Part shown: one piece after another, positions 11,965 to 24,181 of the stretch | Position numbering within the stretch: position 1 is the stretch's first letter | Layout: the number at the start of each line of letters is the position of its first letter | Assembly (NCBI RefSeq): GCF_036321535.1 | Contig: NC_087439.1 | Coordinates: forward strand, 18,848,001 to 18,912,000 | Direction: 5' to 3' | DNA from: Camelus dromedarius | Taxonomy: Eukaryota | Length of the DNA stretch: 64,000 nt | Program-made: the position numbers and the translations under genes | The notes under the pieces: generated by a model | Told to the model about the DNA's origin: nothing | The model's input: the letters and a program-made list of their open reading frames with translations, nothing else | The model's database searches: none

Positions 11965-12599
11965 TTTTCTTAAATTATTTTATTTTTTTTTTATTGAATT
12001 ATTGTCTACAATGCATCAATTTCTGGTGTACATCACAATGTCCCAGTCATGCATGTACATACATATATTCATTTTCATTAAAGGTTATTACAAGATATTG
12101 AATATAGTTTCCTGTGTTATACAGAAAAATTTTTTAAATCTATTTTTATATATATAGTGGCTAACATTTGCAAATCCCAAACTCCCAAATTTATTCCTTC
12201 CCACCCACTTTCCTCTGGTAGCCTGAAGATTTTTTACTATTTCTGCAAGTCTGTTTCTGTTTTGTGGATGAGTTCATTAGTGTCTTTTTTTTTTTTTTTT
12301 TAGATTCCACATATGAGTGGTATCATATGGTATTTTTCTTTCTCTTTCTGGTATACTTCACTTAGAATGACAATCTCCAGGTCCATCCATGTTGCTGCAA
12401 ATGGGCATATATCCAGAGGGAACTCTAATTTGAAAAGATACATGCACCCCAANNNNNNNNNNNNNNNNNNNNNNNNNNNNNNNNNNNNNNNNNNNNNNNN
12501 NNNNNNNNNNNNNNNNNNNNNNNNNNNNNNNNNNNNNNNNNNNNNNNNNNNNNNNNNNNNNNNNNNNNNNNNNNNNNNNNNNNNNNNNNNNNNNNNNNN
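11965..12599 (-). mobile_element. Camelid L1 3' end with 5' inversion (partly in N-run)
   Basis: Minus-strand L1 3' UTR/ORF2 end up to 12404 ('gttgctgcaaatgg'), then plus-strand L1 ('gcatatatccagagggaactctaatttgaaaagatacatgcacccc') running into the Ns. Confidence 0.9.
12453..12599. other. N-run (147 nt)
   Basis: Seen directly; inside an L1. Confidence 1.
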
Positions 12600-13671
12600 T
12601 TGTGGGAGTGTTCAGAAGATACTGGGTTTGAGTTGCTATAGTGTATATAGTGTATAGTGTGACTACGCACATTTGTAGGTTGGTGCCCAGGAGGTCAGAG
12701 AAGGCAACCTTTAGCTTTTTAGAACCACATTTTATGTAACTATTATTATTTTTGAAAATAGTGGTCTTATTCATGCCTTAGTCCAAACAGATGGACTAAG
12801 GCATTCCTGTCATCTGTATCCATAAGGGATACTGAATTGAAACTCCAAAGTCTGGTTGGTTCAGAACCTAGAATCCTAGGCTTTGGGAACTTTCCACTAG
12901 AGGGTCCACTAGAGGGATCCAAACTGCCAGTTACCATATACAGTTAAGGAAAGTGTGACAGTCATCAGCCTGAGGGTGGTTAACAGTAACAGTTCTTTGA
13001 GATTCTTGCAAAGTGTTTTAACGTTTCCAAGAATTTACACAGCATTTGACCTTTGCTTGCTGCAGAACTGGGGGAAAGAAGGGATCACTGTCTTTATTTC
13101 CAGGAAGAAAAACCAAGGAAGCCAGTGCCAGTCTTGGAAGGAATCCCTGGGCCTTCTAACCATCAGTTCAAGTTTTGTTCCTACAGACCAGGCCATCTCA
13201 AGGACCATTAGAAAGGGGCTTTGGACCTTGTGACTCTACTACATACCTAGCTAATTGTGTTATACTGAATCTGGGATTTTGATTCTGTTTCTCTGGCAGA
13301 CATGATATGCACTGTCCAGATGTCCACACCAACCTTCAAAGAAGGACATGCTGCCCAGCCATGAAACAGCCTTTAGCACTGAGCTCCTTCAGGGTCAGTC
13401 TCTGCTGCTGGGAGCTACCTTGCCAAGGTCAAACCCTTCCTAGGACAATCTGTATCTGATGACCAAGCAAGGAGGGTTATAAGTCCAGCCATTTGGCAGA
13501 AGACCTAAATAGACATTTCTCCAAAGAAGAAGTACAGATGACCAACAGGAACATGAAAAGATGCTCAGCATTGCTAATTATTAGAGAAATGAAAATCAAA
13601 ACCACAATGAAGTATCACCTCACATTAGTCAGAATGGCTATCATCCAAAATCTACAAATAATAAATGCTGG

Positions 13672-13826
13672 NNNNNNNNNNNNNNNNNNNNNNNNNNNNN
13701 NNNNNNNNNNNNNNNNNNNNNNNNNNNNNNNNNNNNNNNNNNNNNNNNNNNNNNNNNNNNNNNNNNNNNNNNNNNNNNNNNNNNNNNNNNNNNNNNNNNN
13801 NNNNNNNNNNNNNNNNNNNNNNNNNN
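13672..13826. other. N-run (155 nt)
   Basis: Seen directly; inside an L1. Confidence 1.
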
Positions 13827-13878
13827 GAAGAAAACTCTGATTCGAAAAGGTACATGCACCCCAATGTTCACAATGGCA

Positions 13879-14042
13879 NNNNNNNNNNNNNNNNNNNNNN
13901 NNNNNNNNNNNNNNNNNNNNNNNNNNNNNNNNNNNNNNNNNNNNNNNNNNNNNNNNNNNNNNNNNNNNNNNNNNNNNNNNNNNNNNNNNNNNNNNNNNNN
14001 NNNNNNNNNNNNNNNNNNNNNNNNNNNNNNNNNNNNNNNNNN
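13879..14042. other. N-run (164 nt)
   Basis: Seen directly; inside an L1. Confidence 1.
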
Positions 14043-16416
14043 GTGAGGTAAGTCAGAAAAAGACAAATATTATATATCATTTCTTATATGTGGAACCTAA
14101 AAAATCATACAAATGAATGTATACAGCAAAACAGAAACAGGGTCTCAGATACAGAAAACAAAGGTTACCAAAGGGGAAGAGGGGAGGAGGGATAAATTAG
14201 GAGAGTGGGACTAACAGATACAAACTACTATATGTAAAACTGATAAACAACAAGGATTTACTGTACAACACAGGGAACAATATTCAATATCTTATAATAA
14301 CCTATAATGGAAAATAATCTGAAAAGAATATATAACCAAATCACTTTGCTGCACACCTGAAACTAGCACAATATTGTAAATCAACTATACTTCAATTTTA
14401 AAAATGTCCAGCCATTTGGGACTGACATGAGACAGCTCTGACAAGCAATATTTGGCCTAGAATGTTTTGCTGGGTTGGCAGAGACTTGGTCAGGCAGGCC
14501 TGCCTTCTCCCTTTGTCCAGTCTTGTTTCCGTGCCCTCATCCTTCCACAGATATGATCCCTAGTGAACACCCTTCCCCTCACACCCCATCTGAGCACCTG
14601 CTGCCAGAGACCCAGCCTGTGACAGTACCCTCTCTAGTGACTCCTATTTGACAGACATCACTGTCAGGGTTTATAGGGACAGGAAGCTGTGGACAGACAG
14701 CCCACTGACATACTCTGATTGGGCTATGCAGTGTTTACAAAAATGAGTCAACATACAAAAATTGGGAGAGCACACATAGAATCTGAATTTCTAATTTCTA
14801 TTTTAAAAAATCAATGATCTGGCAACATTGGCCCTTTGTTCTCGTCAGTATTGCTTGGGGGCCCATTTTAGAGAAGGGAGTTCACCAGCCTGTCACAGTC
14901 CCCAGAACTTCCTACTGACTTGTATTTGTCCACTTCCCTCATTTGTGTTACCTGCCCGCCCCCTGTGGACATCTGCATTTTTCCTTTGACAAAGATAAAT
15001 GGATCAATAGGTGGAAAAAGGAATCTTCCTCTCCCCTAAATACCTTACGGATCCTATGTGAGTCTCCAAGAATTGAGTTCCTCTTAGTTCAAGGCCAGAA
15101 GAGCCTTTTTCATGGACCCTGGAATTAAGCTAAGTAGTCAGGGTCCCCACTGCTGGCCCAGCCTTGCCTTATCCTCTGCGACTTGCCACACCTACCAGAA
15201 GGCGTTTTCGTCAGTAAGGTTCACATCAGATACCTCTCATACCACCTATTTCTCTTTAAAAAGTATGTTTTAATTTTTCCACTATAAAAGACATGCTCAT
15301 TATTGAATATTTGAGAGAGATGCCATTCCGAGGCTGTTAACATTTTGCTGAAGATAAATACATCTCTCAAAGTACCCTTAGGCTAACAGTCAACCCCTCA
15401 AGCCAAAGGAAAAGAACAGGCAGGAACCGCTCAAACAAACTCCCCACCCCCAACTCCCCTCTCACTACCAATACTGCCTGTGGCCAGATGGGTCCAGGAA
15501 AAGTCCTGTTGCCAGCCAAGACTGATCACCATCCCCTCAAAATAAAAACTGCTGCTGCTTCTTTGGGGAGGTGGTAATTATAAGAGACTCAATTATATAG
15601 CAAATTATATGTATAAAAGACTCAATTGTATAACAGATTGCTTTGAAATAATTATTTAAATTGCGTATTGGCAGGAATTGGCTATTTGAATATAATGAGT
15701 TACATTGATTATAAAAGTGTCTTCTCTGAGCTGATACAGTAACTGCCTCTTGTCTGCAGATTGCTGCCTGAAGTACTGGTCAGCTGGAAGACTCCAAAAA
15801 CTTAGCTTGTTTGATCCCATTCAAATATATAAGGGGATTGACTCCCTTTGTAGCTTCTGTTCCTGAGTGGTAAGAGTTCCTAGAATAGATCCTTGACCCC
15901 AACATGGGGCGTTCGCTCTGGCACAGTTTCTTTCCAGGACAGGTGGGGCTGGTGCCCAAAGAACCAGTACGGTGCGGGGCTTGGCATGGGGAGCTGGAGG
16001 GTGCTCGAGAACTCCCGGCATTTACTTCCCTTTTTCCCCCACCTGCTCAGCCCACCTGGGGAAGGAAGTGTTTGTTCTGTGGGCTGTGTGCTGTGCTAAA
16101 CTCACCATGGCTTCCCTCAAGGCCTGGCATTTAGGGGTGGTGGATGCCAGGAGTGTGCTGTCATGTCTGCTTGTCCTGTGTGCTTCGTTACCGTGGGGAG
16201 CATTACAGGCTGGAACAGACCCACAAAGTTGGACGCGGAGGAGGATTAGCAAGAGCCCAAACCCCTCAGCCCTTAAACTGGCCATTCCCACACCCAGAGC
16301 ACCTGGCCAGACCAGGTGGGGGCCTTGGCAGCCAAGGGCATTCCGTTTTCCCCAGAAGGACCTCCAGGAAACCTTGACAAATAAGGGTTACACTTTTGGT
16401 CACTGTGGTCTGGTCC

Positions 16417-16673
16417 CAGCATCGGCAATTTTTTTCTGTAAAGGGCCAGATGGTAAATATTTTCGGCTTTGCAGGCCACAGATTTCACTGCCACCGCTGC
16501 TTCTCCTTCTTCCTCTCCTCCTGCTCCTCCCCTTCCCGTACCCCATCCTCCTCTTCTTTCTCCTCTTTCTTTTTCTTCTTTGTTCAACAGGTACAAACCA
16601 ATCTTAGCTCACAGGCAGTAATAAAACAGGCTTCAGGCTGGATTTGGCCCCAGGGCCTTAGTGGCCAATCCGG
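16417..16673 (+). mobile_element. MER58A-like hAT-Charlie MITE with CT-rich low-complexity interior
   Basis: 'tcggcaatttttttctgtaaagggccagatggtaaatattttcggctttgcaggcca' ... 'caggctggatttggccc'; CT-rich tract about 16499-16582. Confidence 0.8.
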
Positions 16674-17669
16674 CCCCCTTTAATGTATTTGGTGACAATG
16701 CACTGGCTGTTTTTGCTGTCCACACTGAAGGTACTGAGATGTGATGGTGGGCACCCAGCAGTGAGTCTGGGTACCTTTGGGGAAAAGGGTACCCAGATCT
16801 GGATACCCCTTTTGGAACAAGTCAACAAGCACGAGAAGTCACATGATTCCTCGGATCCTCTGACCCAACCCCGTCTTGTGGTAATCCTGTTCTCCTGCAG
16901 GACCTTCTTGGCTGGTAGCCAGTACTACCTGGCATCTGGAAGGATCGTTTCCTGTGTTCAGGTGCATGCAGGCTGTTCAACCCGCCTCCCTCCTGACTCC
17001 CGCACCTGCTCTGAGGGCCCCTTGTGGGCAGCAGGCTCTAAACCTCCTCACCGCCTGCCAGCACCCAGAGCTGTGTCTGCTACACAGCTTACATCATGCA
17101 GTGACTAAGTGCACGCCTCATGGTCTGTGCTGGGTTCCCATTGTTTTCCCCGTCCCTGCTGGTGAACCTCAACAAGTGGAGAAATTGAAGATATTTTGTG
17201 CTTTGTGGAGTCCTTGGCAATATGTGACCGCTTGAGTGTTTCTTAAGGCTGCTGTCTTGCTTCAGAGTGTTACCCTGTCCAGGCCCTGCAGCACCCTTCA
17301 TTATCTTCTCACAAAGTGTGGAATGTGGCTGCCCCTTGGTTGAGGGGAAACCTGGAGCCCTCCTGAGCCAGGCTGTGGCTCTGGCCTGGACAGTCTGCAG
17401 ATGTGCTGCTTCAAGAGTTTCCGGGACTGTTGGTCAAGAAGCCAGGATGGCAGTGGAATCAAAAGCCTCGGCTGCTCCTTCCTGACACCATGGTTACCTG
17501 TTTAGACTCAGGTGTATTGTGACTGGCTTCACTCTGTGCTTGCAGAAGTATTTGTGTTCAAGCCTCTCATTCAATTCAGGTTGTTTGGTTCTTTCCCAAA
17601 GTGATTTAAAGATTATTTCCTCTCGGAGGTTATCTTTTTTAAGATAGCAAGTTTGCCAGAATATTCTTG

Positions 17670-17990
17670 GGTGCTAGCAGTAGAAATTATGGACTCAACT
17701 GGCTTGAATAGCTAGGAACGTTATTATCTTACGTAACAATAAGCCCTGAGGCAGGGTGCTGCAGAGTTGCTTAATTCAGGAGCTCCAGCTTGTCATTAAG
17801 GCCTCCACCTCCCTGCCTCCTTAGCCTCACAGCATCTCACATCCTCCCCCAGATCCCCATGTTGGGGCTCAGTGTTACAGGCTGCACCTGGCCTTTTGAG
17901 GTTTTTGGTCTGTGCGCCTTAGTGTGAACAGCATGCTTGTCAGCCAACTCTCCCTGAAGTTTTAGTCTCCTTCTGCGAGCCGGCTGCAGA
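17670..17990 (-). mobile_element. Ancient MaLR LTR fragment (MLT1K/L-like)
   Basis: 'actcaactggcttgaatag...ttattatcttacgtaacaataagccctgaggcaggg' resembles MLT1K/L; very diverged. Confidence 0.45.
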
Positions 17991-19324
17991 GGGAGGTGAT
18001 GGGACATCCCTCTCTGGGGGGCAGCAGCCCATCCTTGGCTTCCTCAGGCTGTAGAGAAGTACAGTTCACTGTGCTAAGCGTCCCTGGAAAGAGATGTGCC
18101 ACCAAGTGGGCCGGGGGAATCCTCCCGCTGGGCTCTTGCCTTTCGTCACTGGCTCCGGCTGGGAAGTCCCCATGCTTGGGTTTCCTCTCCTCGGAGCTGG
18201 GCAGGCCTCCTCAAGTCTCACTGTCAATCCCCAGAGGGTAGAAACGAAGATGGGTGCCTGCGAGAAGCAGGGTGTCCCAGTCCTGTCTCCTGGGACACAG
18301 CTCATCCATCTGGAAAGGCTTCTAGGGATGCCTGCTGCCTGGGAACTGAGTGGCCCCATCCATCTCTGGGAGATAATTAAGGCCCACAAAGCCTTGCCGG
18401 GCTCTATAGGGGCAAGGTGCTTTCAAGAGCAAGATAAAAGCTCAGAGCCTTGATTTAATCTTAAAAATGAGGCCCACGTAGGCATTTTTCTTGGTCGTAG
18501 TATCATGGGAGAAAGGAGAGTCTTGGGGAAGAAGGAAGATGAAGAAGCAAGAGGAAAAAGCAGTTTTTAAGACAAGAGACTGAAAAAAGGCAAAAGCGTC
18601 TGGAATGCCCTGTGCTTTCTGATTTCTTTTTGGTGTGAAGAGGGACACTGAGGGCCCGGCCTCTCCTTTCTGTCTCCATTGCCTCAGGCAGACGATCATC
18701 CTGACCTGATTCCTACAATGGGAGCTTGTTCAGAGGGAGATTTGATGATGTTCATGTTCTCATCCCGGGAGATGCAGGCCTCTTAGTACCTGGCACTGCT
18801 CCGGGCCTCCTCCCTCTTTTGTGTGCTTTGCTGGCCTGTTAATAGGGGCAGGTCTCCTGGGAGGATAGCCTCAGCTGGAGTGGCTTCCTCTCTAGCCCTC
18901 AGAACTTTATTGAGCATTTGCTCTTTTTTCCCTGCTGGCCTTGGGCAAAGCCAGCTCTCAGGGCTGAAATCCAACTGAGGAGATCCGATTTCTCAAAAGC
19001 CATTTTGATCTTCTCATTTCAAAGGGAGTTCTTTTTACGCCCAAGCCCCAGTCTGGTGGCCCCAGACTGTCCCTTTGGGCTGTGGGTCTGGAGAGGGGCT
19101 GTGGGCTCTTCTTTACATCCTGCGCCCAGAGCCCAGGCTCCCGGCACAGTGGCCACCTGGGAAATCTTGTGAGGTGGCCAGACTTGTCCCCAGTGACCCT
19201 GGTCTCTGGCACCTCCAGGTGCCTTGCCATTTCCTCTCTTTGGCTCTGCCCCATTTATCTTCCAGTTTGCAAAGTCTCCCTGCTCCCCTGTCCTCACTCA
19301 TCAAAACCTGCTCTGAGACAGGGA

Positions 19325-19456
19325 AGATAGCTGGTATTTTATAATAACTATAGATGGAGTATAATCTATAAAAATTTCGAATTACTATGTTGTACACCTG
19401 AAAGCAATATAATATTATAATTCAACCTTGCCTCAATGCAAAAAAGAAAAAAAAAA
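19325..19456 (+). mobile_element. Short L1 3' end with poly(A)
   Basis: 'ttactatgttgtacacctgaaagcaatataatattataattcaacc' followed by an A-rich tail. Confidence 0.8.
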
Positions 19457-19920
19457 CCTATTCTGGGGACAGACCTTATCTCCTTCAAACAGCCTTTCTT
19501 GCTAGCTCCGACCTCTGCCACTCCCGCAAGGTGAGGTGCCTCTCACATTTTGCATAATTATCTCTTTCCTGTCCATGACCTTGAAGAGATGACAAGGTCC
19601 TTGAAGAAAGACGCTGTTTATTCTGGCACCCGTGGTCCTAGCATTGCACACAATGCCAAGCACACAGTGGGTTCTCAACCCGTATCCAATGAATTAATGA
19701 ATTCCTTCCTGCAGCTCTTCCAAACTGTCCTAGGGTTTGGCTTAGGTAGACCAGGGGTGATCCAGCTTGGGGGAAGCGGTGGGCGGGCAGTGGGAGTGGG
19801 GAGGGGCATTCTCCTCTCCCACTGTCTCCTACCTACCAGGTAATTTCCAGACCTGACCCCTGCTTTGTCCACAGCAAGTTTACTTTGATCTGCTTTATAC
19901 ATACATACACATACATAAAT

Positions 19921-19946
19921 ACACACACACACACACACACACACAC
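19921..19946. repeat. (AC)13 microsatellite
   Basis: Counted directly; flanked by AT-rich simple sequence. Confidence 0.95.
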
Positions 19947-20779
19947 AAATATTAAATTATATATACCATGTAGATCACATGTAATATATATAATATCTGT
20001 ACAGTATATAGGTAATGTTCATATTACATACATGTATATGTAACATATCAAATGTAAAACATAATATGACATATATATGATACACATGCACCCACGCACA
20101 AAGATATCTTTGCCAAAAGGGTTCTTTTTAAAAAGAAGTTTGAACACAAAGACCTTGTACTCTTAATCCACGGTCTTCTCTCTCCTAGGGGCATTTGTTT
20201 TTGAAGTCAATACTAATTACCACTTAGAGAATGGGAAGCTTTGTCCCAGTTGAAAGCATTTTCAGATTTTACTGAGCTGGTGGAGGCCTTTTTGGATGGT
20301 GACTTCTTTCCAACCTACCTTCTGCCCACCCCTACCCACCACATCAGCAATCCTGGCTGGTTTAAGGAATGAGAAAGGAATTGGATTATCGGAAACCACA
20401 AAGCTGTTAATGTCATTTATCTCAGAGGGTTTTTGTTGTCGCTGTTATCTTGTTCAGCACTGGGCCAGCTGGGAGGCCAGTGTTGATGGGGTTGTCATAG
20501 GAGGGATGGGGGTCCTTGCAGACACAGGCCAAGTGCTAGCTTCTCTCCCTAACCTGCTAGGTGGGAGCTGATTTTGTCAACTCTTGACCTCTTTTCCTCT
20601 GAGCCGCCTCCTCTTCCCCTTTGCTCTCTGAAGGAGAGAACCTTCGTCCCTCTGCGTCCCAGAGGCCTCCTCCTACGAGGGATTCCCCTGGGCCTGCCCT
20701 TCCTCATACAGGAGACTGAGCTCTGGCCCTTCATTCCTTATCAAAATTCTGCTGGCCTCTGTCCCTGGGATAGTGGTTG

Positions 20780-20930
20780 GAGCAGTGAGTGAGGAGTCCA
20801 AGAACCTGGGTCTGTGTCTTGAATTACTCCCTAGTTATAGGACCTCAGGTTGTCACACATTCTCCAGAGTCTCAGTTTCCCCATCCATTGGTAAATAGGA
20901 ATGATCACCCCAGTCTTCCTACCATGAGGT
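20780..20930 (+). mobile_element. MIR fragment
   Basis: 'gagtccaagaacctgggtctg...gtctcagtttccccatc...aatagggaatgat'. Confidence 0.65.
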
Positions 20931-20953
20931 GAAGCTCATCTGAAACCCCAGGT

Positions 20954-21126
20954 CAGTCTGTCTCAGCTTTTCCTGCAGTTAGAATCTCCTGGGGAGCTTC
21001 TAATATCCCAATTCCTGAGTCATTAAACCAAGTAAATCCTACTTTCTGGGGCTAAGACCCAGAAATCAGCATTTTTTAAAAGCTCTTCAGGTAATTCTCA
21101 TATGCTGTTAAGGTTGAGAACCACTG
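20954..21126. mobile_element. MER5A hAT-Charlie MITE, near full length
   Basis: 'ttagaatctcctggggagctt...agaaatcagcattttttaaaagctcttcaggtaattctcatatgc...ggttgagaaccactg'. Confidence 0.8.
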
Positions 21127-22303
21127 TTTAAGGTCAAAGTATTGTGGACATTCAAAATATAAGCAGATTCTGAACTTCCATCTGAAAGGAGAAAATGTCT
21201 GCTGACTAATCTGCAGTGGTTCTAAGTTCTAATTTGGCTCAGAATCTAATTAAAATCTCCTGGAAGTTGTGTATGCATTTCCCCAGGAAGGGACACAGCC
21301 ACAAGTAATTCAAGCATATAATGTCACCTTCTTAGTGACACTACCTGCTGCCCTATCCAAAATTGTGCCATTACACCTGTCCACACCCACACATATTTCC
21401 TATCCCCCTCCCCACTCCCCGCCCCACTGCTTACTCTATGTGTTCTCTGTAGCCTTTATCACTGCCTACGTGAACGTCTTCAAGTCCCTCCCTGGGGCAG
21501 GGTTTCTTCTAGTGTGGTTCCTGGACCGCCTTTACTTAATTAAGATAACCTAGATGGGACCCAGGAATCTGCATTTTCAGAATCTCCCTGCTGCTCTCTC
21601 CTAGACCATCTCTTGCTCCTCTGGACCGTGCCCTCAGATGGGAATCTTGTCTCCCTCAGCACATCAGTGGTCTTGGGTAGAATCGCTAACATTCCAGAGA
21701 AATCCTAGGCATTTTCTGAATTATCTTGGGAGTGTGTGGGGAAGTGGTATCTCTGTTGTGTGATTTGAGGGGCTGGCATTAAGGTCCCATATCTCATGGA
21801 AAAGTTATCCCCTCCCCTCACCAGTCGTGGTATTGGAATGCCACTGGGTACAGTCATGGTACTTGGAAGTCCAGTCATTCATCTTGAACTCTTCAGCACC
21901 CACCTCTAGTAGGAGGAATAATAAAAACCATGAATGGTGGGCATATTGGATCCCAGCTCTTCTGCTCCAAGTTTTCTGCTAGCTTCCTGTTGCCTATAGG
22001 GGGAACCATATCCCTGTTCTTTGTTACTCAGAGGCTATCCAAGATCTGGCGCACCTCTCCAGCCTTCGTACCCACCACCCTCAGGACACCCTCCAGCAGG
22101 ATGTAACTGCATGAAGTTCCTGGAGCATCACATACCGTTTCCTTCCTGGGGTATCCTCTGGGATGGCTCTTGCATCTCTTTCCACGTGTCACTCCTCTCC
22201 CCAAACTCTCAGATGACTCAGAGTGCAAACCAAGTCCTCGTGTGGCCTCACAGGATCTGTCTGTCACCTCCTTACCTCTCTGCCCTCATCTTCTGCTACT
22301 CCC

Positions 22304-22754
22304 TGCTGTTAGTTTCCTGGGGCAGCTCTAACAAAGCACAACAAACTGGGGACATTTATTCTCTCATGATTCTTAGAGCTAGAAGCCCAAAATCAAGGTG
22401 TTGGCAGGGCCATGCTCCCTCTGAAACTTGAGGGGGAAGGATCCTTTCTTGCCTTTCTAGCTTCTGGTGGTTGTTGCTGTTTTTAGCATCTGTTGCCTTG
22501 CAGCTGCAGCTCTTTAATCTCTGCCCCTGTTGTCACATGGCCTTCTCCCTGTGTGTCTCTGTGTCTTCCCTTGGCCATCTTCTTATAAGGACAGCAGTCC
22601 TATTGGATCAGGGCCCACCCCACTCCAGTGTGGCCTCATCCTAACTAATTACGTCTGCAATGACCCTGTTACCAAATGAGGTCACATTCTGGGGTAGTGG
22701 GGGTTAGGACTTCAAAATATCTTCTTTAGGAAGGACATAATTCAACCCATGACA
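22304..22754 (-). mobile_element. MaLR solo LTR (MLT1C-like)
   Basis: tg...ca termini ('tgctgttagtttcctgg' ... 'ttcaacccatgaca'); 5-bp TSD ctccc/ctctc. Confidence 0.88.
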
Positions 22755-22791
22755 CTCTCTTCTGCTTCATTCTGCTTTGGTCACACTGGCC

Positions 22792-23020
22792 TGGAGCTGC
22801 CAGAGTTAGCAAATAAAACTACAGGATACCCAGGCAGATTTGAATTTCAAATAAACAACAAATGATTTTTTAGTATAAATATGTTCCAAATGTTGCAGGA
22901 AACAATTTTGCTTTTTTAGTATAAGTATGTCTCATTTCATGTTTGGGATATACTTATACTTAAATGTATATGTTGTTTATCTGAAATTCAAATTTAACTG
23001 AGCATTTTGTATTTTATCTT
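22792..23020. mobile_element. MER53 palindromic hAT MITE with duplicated centre
   Basis: Inverted arms 'atttgaatttcaaataaacaac' / 'gttgtttatctgaaattcaaat'. Confidence 0.8.
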
Positions 23021-23779
23021 GTACTTCTTGTTGTTCTTTGAACACAACAAGCATGCTCCCACCTCAAAGCCTTTGTCTTGGCTGTTCCCTCTGATTTGGA
23101 TGCCTTTTCCCAAGCTCTCTGGGATGCATATTCTCAGACTGCCTTCAGCAAGGCCTTTCGGGGAACCCCTCCCTCATACACATATATCCAGTCCTCCTTT
23201 CTTGCTTTAATTTTCCCCCCTTATTCCTTATCACCGTCTAACAGGCTGTATGTTTTACCTGCTGATTGTGCTTATTGTCCGTCATCTCCAGTAGAATTTA
23301 AGCTCGATGCTTTTGTTCACTGCTGTCTCTCCAGGGCCTAGAACTGTGCCTGAAGCGTAGTTCAGTAAACATTGATGGAATGGATGAAGAAACAAATCCT
23401 TTCACTTTCATGCACTGGAGAGTGGGCATCTGTGGGTTTGGCTTACCTAGGGTCCACTTCCACGTCTGGGAAACGTGTCTCTCCCTCACTCTAAGTTTAA
23501 GTTAAGATTGAGATGAATCTGTTAGTTCTGTCCACTTGGCCAGTCATTGGTTCAGGGATGGATGCAGGACCCAAGTCAGTCTCATCAGAGCCAGTCCAGG
23601 GTTTCTGCTGGAACTACTGAGACAGAGCACTCTGTCCCCACTGGTGTTTCTGAGAGAAATAGGATGTTGATCTGGAGCTGCTAACAGCCATCTTACCACT
23701 GTAAAGGAAGAGCGAGGTGCCTTCCTGGCCAAAAACCTATGTGTGATCTTCCAGGCCTGACCATAGGCAGTTAGAGAGG

Positions 23780-24181
23780 CTTCATGTCATCTCAGGCTGC
23801 TGTAACAGAATATTGTAGACTGGGTGGCTAAACAACATGAATTTACTCTCACAGTCCTGGAGGCTGGGAAGTCCAAGATCAAGGGGCTGGCAGATTCTAG
23901 TCTTGGGGAGGGCCTGCTTCCTGGCCTGAAGACAGGCGCCGGCTCCCTGTGTGCTCACGTGATCCTTTCCTGTGTATGCACATGTCAAGAGAGGGGAGAG
24001 CTCTGGTGCCTCTTCCTCTTCTTATGAGGACACTAATCCCATCATGGGAGCCCCACTCTCATGACCTCATCTAACCCTTATTACTTCCCAAAGGCTCTAC
24101 TGTCAAATATTATCACATGGGGATTAGGACTTCAACATATGAATTTTGGGGATGGGGGACACAAACATTTAGTCCATAACT
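23780..24181 (-). mobile_element. MaLR solo LTR (MLT1A/MLT1A0-like)
   Basis: 'gctgctgtaacagaatattgtagactgggtggctaaacaac' ... 'atatgaattttgggg...gacacaaacatttagtccataac'. Confidence 0.88.

Larger units (their letters stand above)
13497..14405 (+). mobile_element. 5'-truncated L1 (ORF2 C-terminus and 3' UTR) with perfect 14-bp TSD
   Basis: ORF 13493-13840 ([43 protein letters not shown]) is the L1 ORF2 C-terminus; TSD gtccagccatttgg at 13483-13496 and 14406-14419. Confidence 0.95.
22170..23390 (+). mobile_element. L2a 3' portion interrupted by MLT1C and MER53
   Basis: L2 text resumes across both insertions and ends 'gcctagaactgtgcctgaagcgtagttcagtaaacattgatggaatggatgaa'. Confidence 0.75.

Noticed and set aside
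15972-16607. Longest ORF (211 aa)
   Set aside because: It runs through a MER58 MITE and a CT-rich tract that produces the poly-Leu/Phe tail; no recognisable domain or splice structure.
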